Shown here one piece after another: positions 37,405 to 43,765 of a stretch of 59,324 nucleotides of DNA. How positions within the stretch are numbered: position 1 is the first letter of the stretch; each line of letters begins with the position of its first letter. Source of the DNA: Deltaproteobacteria bacterium (GTDB taxonomy: Bacteria > Desulfobacterota > Deferrimicrobia > Deferrimicrobiales > Deferrimicrobiaceae); assembly GCA_016234845.1 (NCBI GenBank), contig JACRNP010000029.1:1-59324 (forward strand), written 5' to 3'. The position numbers were made by a program, and so were the translations under genes. Under the pieces are notes generated by a model. That model was not told the DNA's origin. It saw nothing but the letters and a program-made list of their open reading frames with translations, and did no database searches.

Positions 37405-38000
37405 GCGGGACCGACGCGGAATTCCTTCAGGGCGTCGCGAAGCCGGGAGACGGCGTCGCCCGCCGCCGCGACGAGCTGCATCTCCTCGGACGGAAGGGCG
37501 TGGCCGCCGAGGGAGAGTCTCGCCTCGGACAGTGCCCGCTCCGCCCGCTCCCCGAGCCGCTGCAGGGCGATGATCCGGTCCGCGTGGGACCGGAGGGAAT
37601 CCCGGTACGACTCGCCGAGATCGAGCAGGAGGTCCCCGCTGCGAAACCGGAACTCGGGGTCGAGCACTCCCGCACCCAGTTCCTGGAAGAGGAGGCGGAA
37701 CTTGTGGATCGGCCCCCCGAGTCGGTGCGACTCTCGAAGGGCGAGGAGTAAGGTGAGGCCGATCGTCACGAGGAACGAGATGCCGCCGGCGACGATCACC
37801 GCCGGAAGGAGAACCTGCCATGTGTGCCGAAGGCGCAGGTGGACGCTGTAGAAGCTCCTGCCGAGCTCCTCGTCCGCGAGGAAGTAGAGGAGCAGGGACA
37901 GAAGGAGGATCCCGCCCGCCCACACCGATCCTACCTTGAGGAGGAACGGTCCCTGGCTGCGGATGTCGATCCAGTAGGTCCGTCGCTTTGTCCGGTTCAT
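37401..38000 (-). CDS. Two-TM membrane protein with HAMP-like region
   Basis: Two hydrophobic helices, then SHRLGGPIHKF...FRFRSGD, typical of small HAMP/MCP-like proteins. Confidence 0.65.
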   Translation of the reverse strand: MNRTKRRTYWIDIRSQGPFLLKVGSVWAGGILLLSLLLYFLADEELGRSFYSVHLRLRHTWQVLLPAVIVAGGISFLVTIGLTLLLALRESHRLGGPIHKFRLLFQELGAGVLDPEFRFRSGDLLLDLGESYRDSLRSHADRIIALQRLGERAERALSEARLSLGGHALPSEEMQLVAAAGDAVSRLRDALKEFRVGPA

Positions 38001-38054
38001 GGGTCCCCCGCGGCGAGCGATTGGCGGAACATCCTTCGGCACGAGATCACCTTT

Positions 38055-38082
38055 AACTTTTCGGCAGAATTGCCGTAAAGTT
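38055..38082. promoter_or_regulatory. 28-bp palindrome between divergent operons
   Basis: AACTTTTCGGCA-GAAT-TGCCGTAAAGTT, 11/12 arm match. Confidence 0.5.
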
Positions 38083-38086
38083 TACT

Positions 38087-40249
38087 GTGGGATACCAGTC
38101 GGGACGATTCGTCGGGACGGGGGGTTCGCCGGGGGTGGAGAGGATCCGTTCGCAGGACCGATCGGGGGATTTCTTCCTTGTGGCGGTCCTGGTCGCCAAT
38201 TTCACGTGCGGGATCCTCCTTCTGCTCTGGTTGCGCGCGGATCTGACCCGCGACCTGATCGACGACGAGAGGACGCTCGTCTCCTCCAGGGTCAACTCGT
38301 ACCTGTGGGGAAAGATCGTCCTGTTTGCGTCGTCCGTGGGCGCCGACGGGCGTTTGATGCCGGTGGGCCGCGGGTTCCCCTCGGAGGTGGGTCCCGTGAC
38401 ATTCGTTCGGGAACTGCCGCCGGACGAAAGCTTCGAACGGGTCCGCTCCGGAACCGGCGGTCTGCTTCCCTTGTTCCTTGGAAGGCCTCGGGAGGAAGCC
38501 GGGAGAGGATCCGTGCTCCCGCTGGCGGCCCACGTCGCCGGATTGACCGGATCGGATCGGTACGTGCTCGGATCCGTATCCCTCGCGGACCTTTCCGGGT
38601 ATTTCACCGACCTCAAGGCACACGGAATCCTTTGCCGGCTGGTCGACTCGGGAGGAAATCACCTCTTCGGGGACAAGGAGGCCTTCGCCGCGCCGGGCGG
38701 ATCGTGGGTCCTCGGGACCGCGCCGATCCTTGCCGGCGGGATCGGCAACGGGTGGTCCGCGCAGGTTTTCATCATGTCCGCCGGTCCGCACCTTCCCATC
38801 CTGCCGCAGGCGATCCTTGCGCTGTTCTTCCTGTTCAACGCCGCGACGCTGGTTTTTCTCCGGAAAAGGTTCCTGCGGCCCCCCCTCGACGCGCTGGACA
38901 GGATCTCCGGGGCATTGTCGGAGCAGGGGGAGCTTCTTCCCCGACAAGCGCCTCCGCGCCAGATATCCGACGCGGTGACAAGCCGGTTCGTCCGCTTCCG
39001 GAAGGAGATCGAGGAGGAGCGGATCGCCCTCGAGGAGAAGTTCGCGAGGCAGGTCAACGACCTTGGGCAGGCGCACAAGGACCTGGTCGCCCACCACAAG
39101 GTGACGAAGAAGATGCTCCAGTCCCGCCGGATCGACGAGGTGTTCGACACCCTCCTGGACGGCATCGCCGAGGGGTACGGATTCCGGGGGGCGCTCCTGG
39201 GGAAAGTTTCCAGGGACGGTTTCGTCGTTTTCGCCGGGGAGCCGGATCCGCTGTCCGGCGTTCCGACGCGGATCCCGTTGTGGAATCCGAACTCTCTCCT
39301 TGCGAGGACATTCTGGAGCGGGACAAGCGCCTTCCTGCCGACTCCGCTCGAAACGCCCCACCTCCCGGAAGAGGAGGCGATCCTGGGGGAGCGTGGCGGG
39401 GCTTCGTACGTCGTGCCGGTCACGAGGAACCTCAAGTCGCGGTGCGCCGACATCAGGAATTGCGGCGATCGGAGCTGCATCAATTTCTTTTCCGAGAACC
39501 TGAAGTGCTGGCTTCGTCGGATCCCCCCCGGATCGTTCATTCCCGACGCCGACCCGGAGCAGTTCCGGGTGCCGCTCGAGGGGTGCCTTCAGTGCGAGGT
39601 CTTCCCGTCGGCGGCGCTTCTTGTGCTCCGCACCGTCCCGAACGGGAAGGGGATCACTCGGGAAACCGTCGTCCCGGTCTCCACCCTTGCGTCCGAGGCG
39701 ACGCTTGCCCTTGAGGTCGTATCCCTCTACGACAACATGAAGTTAATGGCTATAACCGATGGTTTAACAGGGCTTTTCAATCACAGAGAGTTCTACAATG
39801 CGCTCCGCCGGGAACTGGAACGGGCTCGTCGGTACAAGCACAACATGTCCCTTCTCATGATCGATGTGGACGACTTCAAGCAGTTCAACGATCGATTCGG
39901 CCACCCCGCAGGGGACATCGCGCTGAGGAAAATCGCCGACCTGATACGCGGATGCGCCCGCACCACGGACATCATCGCGAGATACGGAGGGGAGGAGTTC
40001 GCCCTCATCCTGCCGGAATCCCAGCCGGTCGGCGCCTTGATGGTAGCGGAGAGGATCAAGACGGAGATCTCATATCACAACTTCATCCCGAACGCGAGCA
40101 AACCGGTACATCTAACCGTAAGCGTTGGTGTATTTTCATCGGAAGACGGCGGGGTCTCGGAAGACCAGATGGTTTCCCTTGCGGACGAGGCGGCATACAC
40201 CGCAAAGCAGCAGGGGAAGAACCGGGTCGTGGTGAAGGCGGCCACATAA
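38087..40249 (+). CDS. Membrane-anchored diguanylate cyclase (GAF-like domain with Cys-rich insert + GGEEF)
   Basis: Two TM segments, DGLTGLFNHR, IDVDDFKQFNDRFGHPAGD, RTTD I-site, RYGGEEF. Confidence 0.9.
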   Translation: MGYQSGRFVGTGGSPGVERIRSQDRSGDFFLVAVLVANFTCGILLLLWLRADLTRDLIDDERTLVSSRVNSYLWGKIVLFASSVGADGRLMPVGRGFPSEVGPVTFVRELPPDESFERVRSGTGGLLPLFLGRPREEAGRGSVLPLAAHVAGLTGSDRYVLGSVSLADLSGYFTDLKAHGILCRLVDSGGNHLFGDKEAFAAPGGSWVLGTAPILAGGIGNGWSAQVFIMSAGPHLPILPQAILALFFLFNAATLVFLRKRFLRPPLDALDRISGALSEQGELLPRQAPPRQISDAVTSRFVRFRKEIEEERIALEEKFARQVNDLGQAHKDLVAHHKVTKKMLQSRRIDEVFDTLLDGIAEGYGFRGALLGKVSRDGFVVFAGEPDPLSGVPTRIPLWNPNSLLARTFWSGTSAFLPTPLETPHLPEEEAILGERGGASYVVPVTRNLKSRCADIRNCGDRSCINFFSENLKCWLRRIPPGSFIPDADPEQFRVPLEGCLQCEVFPSAALLVLRTVPNGKGITRETVVPVSTLASEATLALEVVSLYDNMKLMAITDGLTGLFNHREFYNALRRELERARRYKHNMSLLMIDVDDFKQFNDRFGHPAGDIALRKIADLIRGCARTTDIIARYGGEEFALILPESQPVGALMVAERIKTEISYHNFIPNASKPVHLTVSVGVFSSEDGGVSEDQMVSLADEAAYTAKQQGKNRVVVKAAT

Positions 40250-40250
40250 G

Positions 40251-41057
40251 ATGGATCCGAATGGACGCGAGCCTTTCGACAGCCGGTTCAAGGCCGCCGT
40301 CGAAAGGAACTTCGACCAGAGCGCGCAGGCGTACGACCTGTTCGAAGGGAAACACCATCTCTTCGAGACGCTTACGCAAAAGCAGCTGGAACTGATCGAG
40401 CCGTCGCGCCCGGAACGGATCCTGGACGTGGGATGCGGGACCGGGATATCGACCCTTGCGCTCCACAAGTCGCTCGCGGGCCGATCTCCCCACATTTACG
40501 CGATCGACATCAGCGAGGCGATGCTCCACCAGGCGAAGGAGCGATGCCGCAAGGCGAGGGGGGTGTATTTCGTACGCGGGGACGCGGAAAATCTGGAGGC
40601 GTATTTCCACGAGGCGTTCGACGCGATCTTCTACACCGCCTCCGTTTTCCTTCTCCCGAGATTCGCCGATTCGATCCGACAGGCGAGCCGGCTGCTTCTT
40701 CCGGGAGGGGTTCTTTCCATCAGCTACTATTCCGGATTATTCACGTCGGAAGGGGAGGATGCCATCCGGAAGACATTCCCGGAGTTGAGGTACCAGTACG
40801 GGGCATTTCCCATCCACGAACTCCTGGCGTGCCTCGAATCGCTACACGAATACCGGACGACGAAGGTCGACCTGCGTTTCGAGGCGACAAGGGAGTTCCT
40901 GTTCGATTTCCTGTCCATTCCGGCGCAGTCGGCGGGACTGTTTCCAAAGGTTCCGTACCTGGAACGCATTCCGATGGTCCGGGATCTGTGCGCGGTGCTG
41001 GAAGCGAAGGCCGGGCCGATCTACATGGGGTGGAAGGTGCTGATCGCCCGGAAGTGA
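40251..41057 (+). CDS. Class I SAM-dependent methyltransferase
   Basis: RILDVGCGTG motif I, AIDISEAML, VRGDAENL. Confidence 0.85.
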   Translation: MDPNGREPFDSRFKAAVERNFDQSAQAYDLFEGKHHLFETLTQKQLELIEPSRPERILDVGCGTGISTLALHKSLAGRSPHIYAIDISEAMLHQAKERCRKARGVYFVRGDAENLEAYFHEAFDAIFYTASVFLLPRFADSIRQASRLLLPGGVLSISYYSGLFTSEGEDAIRKTFPELRYQYGAFPIHELLACLESLHEYRTTKVDLRFEATREFLFDFLSIPAQSAGLFPKVPYLERIPMVRDLCAVLEAKAGPIYMGWKVLIARK

Positions 41058-41078
41058 GCGTTGCCGCCATTCGACGTT

Positions 41079-41106
41079 ATTTGACATAATATACATTACC
41101 AGACGT
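41079..41106 (-). other. dif: Chromosomal dif site (XerC arm - spacer - XerD arm)
   Basis: Minus strand ACGTCTGGTAA TGTATA TTATGTCAAAT vs E. coli GGTGCGCATAA TGTATA TTATGTTAAAT; intergenic; gene orientation converges here. Confidence 0.88.
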
Positions 41107-41468
41107 AACCGCCCCATGGATCGCATTTTGATCCTTCTCTGAATTGGTGTCAAGACCAATTTTTCCCCTTCATAATCGGTCCTCCGCTTCGCGTCGCTCA
41201 CCTGGTCCTTTATCGTTTGCCTGTTGGGTAAAACATCAGACAATAATCTTGCGGGTGCGACGCGCTCCACGGGAGCTACGCTTTTTCGTACCAGGACGCC
41301 TGTTGCTGCGCCCCGCCAATGCGACAAAGTACCTCGCGGGGCGCATTCGTCTATAAGTGGTTGGTTTGCTTTGCGGGTAATAGTTACACACGCGCTGCGC
41401 TTTGTGGCGACATACGGGCTGAGTCCGGACTGTATTTGGAACGAATCAACATCTATCTTTGAAAATTG

Positions 41469-41870
41469 TTATTTCAATTTTTTATCAAGTATTGAACTTA
41501 TAATATTAATTTCTTCTGTTATTTTATGTGCTTTTAAATATGCATTTATCCATAATTCTCTAAATACAGTGTAAACGTGTTCATATTTCTCCCCAAGTAA
41601 TCTCTGAAAATCAATACCCTCAAAGTCTTTTCGGTTAAGAATAAATATGATTTGCCTCCCTTTAGATAATGATAGCGCATGATCGGGAGGTGCGTCTCTT
41701 TCATCCAAATCAGGTATCTCTTTTAATGATAGCCCATATTCTCCTTCTAATGGAGCAACAAGCATGCTTGTGTCAGCGGTTTTTTCCCATTGAATTACAC
41801 CTTTTAAGGTACCTTTAAATATCTTTGTGAATAAAGCTATAACTTCTGCATTTATTGGAAAGTCGGCCAT
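41469..41870 (-). CDS. Hypothetical soluble protein, 133 aa (IMEX cargo)
   Basis: Very AT-rich intact ORF, SD-like GAGGGG, 12 nt downstream of partner gene. Confidence 0.75.
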   Translation of the reverse strand: MADFPINAEVIALFTKIFKGTLKGVIQWEKTADTSMLVAPLEGEYGLSLKEIPDLDERDAPPDHALSLSKGRQIIFILNRKDFEGIDFQRLLGEKYEHVYTVFRELWINAYLKAHKITEEINIISSILDKKLK

Positions 41871-41882
41871 ATGATCCCCTCT

Positions 41883-42371
41883 CTACTTTTTGTTGATTGT
41901 TGATTCGTACTTTCCATATTCTGCTGCCAGAATAGTACTTAGCCTAACAGCTACAGAGAGTATTCCTGACATTTCTGATTGATTAGGGGTTCTAATTATA
42001 AATTTCCTGAATTGTGAATTCAATGTATCTAATTGAGTTATTGTCAAACTAAGATTTGATTTCGTATCATCACAAAAATGATCAGACCATCTGTTTATTA
42101 TAAACGTTAGCCTAAGAATTAGCCTATTACAAATAAATGATGCAACTGGCCAAATACTATTTTCAGAGTTAATTTTAATTAAATTAATATCATCTCCGCA
42201 TTCCCTTAACTCTTGAGCGACAGATTTTCTCTCTATAAGATTTCTTGCCTCAACTGCGGCTTCCTCTGCCCGCTTAGACACTTTCAAAACATAAAGAGTA
42301 AAAATAAGACCAAATAAGCTCGCTATGTTCCCCCAATTTATCAATAACCAATCAGCAATATTGTTAATCAT
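41883..42371 (-). CDS. Hypothetical protein with one N-terminal TM helix, 162 aa (IMEX cargo)
   Basis: WGNIASLFGLIFTLYVL hydrophobic helix followed by a helical region; AT-rich intact ORF. Confidence 0.75.
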   Translation of the reverse strand: MINNIADWLLINWGNIASLFGLIFTLYVLKVSKRAEEAAVEARNLIERKSVAQELRECGDDINLIKINSENSIWPVASFICNRLILRLTFIINRWSDHFCDDTKSNLSLTITQLDTLNSQFRKFIIRTPNQSEMSGILSVAVRLSTILAAEYGKYESTINKK

Positions 42372-42612
42372 TATGGTTTATAAAACCTCGAATTTCAAAA
42401 ATGCCACCTATCCACCCTTCTGTTTCGATAACACACGGTTGCATAACTGTGTTTCTATGTCAAGAAGGAGCGAAAAGTTGAAGAAAGAATTAATCTTTTT
42501 TGAAGATGATTGTTCGGAATGCACCATCAAGTGAATCGAAATATCAGGGTGCTGTTAGTTCTAACGGACTTCCGGTTCCGCCTAGAAAATCCAACCCGCG
42601 GTGGCCATGAAG

Positions 42613-42648
42613 AAGGACGGCCAAGCCCTCCGGGCTTTGCCCGTCCTT
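42613..42648. repeat. GC-rich hairpin in the non-coding part of the island
   Basis: AAGGACGG-CC-AAGCCC-TCC-GGGCTT-TGC-CCGTCCTT, 8+6 bp stems. Confidence 0.6.
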
Positions 42649-43077
42649 GTATCCAATCGTAAAAGTGATTCTTGGATTTGGTTATGATGATCCCATCAAG
42701 CACCGGGGATCTTCCAAAAATTCCCCGTGCTTCCTCGATACGTATCAAGTCCGGGTGTGCCTGCGACGCTGTGACTCGCTCTCGACCGAGAAGCCGTACG
42801 ATCTACACCTTAGAGCGTCACCGAGTCCAGCAGGACAGCAGCTCCGCCAAAGTGTCCCGCCTGTCCAAAACGGCACACCCGTTATCCTTGGCGCGAGCCC
42901 AGAGCATTCTGGCATCATCCACATGCCCCCTTGACCGGCTTCTCGGCGACGTACGCTATATTTCCTTGCGGACGTCAGATGTACCCTATCTCCCGGTTGG
43001 TGAGCGTCGGCCTCGATTCTCGGAATTCAATTTAACGTTATTCCCGAAGCCCCAGGATATAAGCCAGCAGCCCCCTT

Positions 43078-43533
43078 TCACTTATTTATGAAGCATCCCC
43101 GCCAGCAACATCGCTCACGTTCGAACTTCCGAGCAGAAGAAATCAGGGCTTCGACCTCCTGCCGCAAGTAGCCCTTTTCCCGTGGCCCCAAATGCTCTGC
43201 CGCTTCCTTTCGATTGTTCAACCACTCCCTCATTTTCCGGAATCTTTCCGTGTCCGTTCCTTCCAGCAAGCGGAACACAGGAAGAACCGTTTTGACGCAC
43301 CATTCCTTGTACAGGACAAGAGATTCAAGGCGCGCCTGTTCCTTTTCGTCGGAAACAGCGTTCGCCCTGACCTTATAGAAAAACGGTTGTGTGAATTGAT
43401 GAACGAGAGAGAGAAAACGGAGAATTTCTTTTACCGCAACCTGATCGGTTTCCATGACGATCCGGTAGCGGTCGCCATGCTGCCGAACTTCGATGAGTTT
43501 GAAATCAGAATTGACTTGAGAGTTGCTAAGCAT
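43078..43533 (-). CDS. Hypothetical protein of about 151 aa (IMEX backbone); the reading frame extends to 43689
   Basis: Longest ORF of the island, next to the degenerate dif copy; start uncertain; no recognisable family. Confidence 0.55.
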   Translation of the reverse strand: MLSNSQVNSDFKLIEVRQHGDRYRIVMETDQVAVKEILRFLSLVHQFTQPFFYKVRANAVSDEKEQARLESLVLYKEWCVKTVLPVFRLLEGTDTERFRKMREWLNNRKEAAEHLGPREKGYLRQEVEALISSARKFERERCCWRGCFINK

Positions 43534-43711
43534 ATCCGACCGGCCCCCATCATCCAACAAGGGATTTTCCGGCGGATACGCATGTTTCTTACAACCACGA
43601 AGTTCAGTTCGACTGTGTCCGTGCCCGGTAGCATCAACACAGCCCTGTGGTTCTTGGGGGTATTCTATCGAATTCCGCCGCCCCGTCAAGGAGTATTTTC
43701 TCCTTTAAGGA

Positions 43712-43739
43712 CGGAAGGTTAATATACATTACCAGACGC
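43712..43739 (-). repeat. Second dif-like site with degenerate XerD arm
   Basis: Minus strand GCGTCTGGTAA TGTATA TTAACCTTCCG. Confidence 0.82.
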
Positions 43740-43765
43740 AGCAGGAATCGATAATCCCCGGGGAT

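Larger units (their letters stand above)
41079..43739. mobile_element. 2,633-bp AT-rich element integrated at dif (IMEX-like, no own integrase)
   Basis: 19-bp direct repeat TAATATACATTACCAGACG at 41087-41105 and 43720-43738; abrupt drop in GC content; orphan ORFs. Confidence 0.82.

Noticed and set aside
38061-38075. Sigma54 promoter inside the 38055-38082 palindrome
   Set aside because: GG-to-GC spacing is 7 nt instead of the required 10.
41224-41574. Plus-strand ORFs in the island (41224-41574, 42647-42934, 42672-43091, 43192-43722)
   Set aside because: They overlap better-supported minus-strand ORFs or have implausible composition, and lack an RBS.
42420-42700. Integron attC-like motifs (GTTATGC, GTTAGAAC/CTAAC, ATCCAA/TTGGAT) around the cargo genes
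   Set aside because: I could not assemble a full R''-L''-L'-R' site with correct spacing, and no integron integrase is present.
41107-43711. Filamentous (inovirus) prophage at dif
   Set aside because: No pI/Zot ATPase, coat-protein-like ORFs or Rep are visible, and the element is too small; at most a satellite or remnant.
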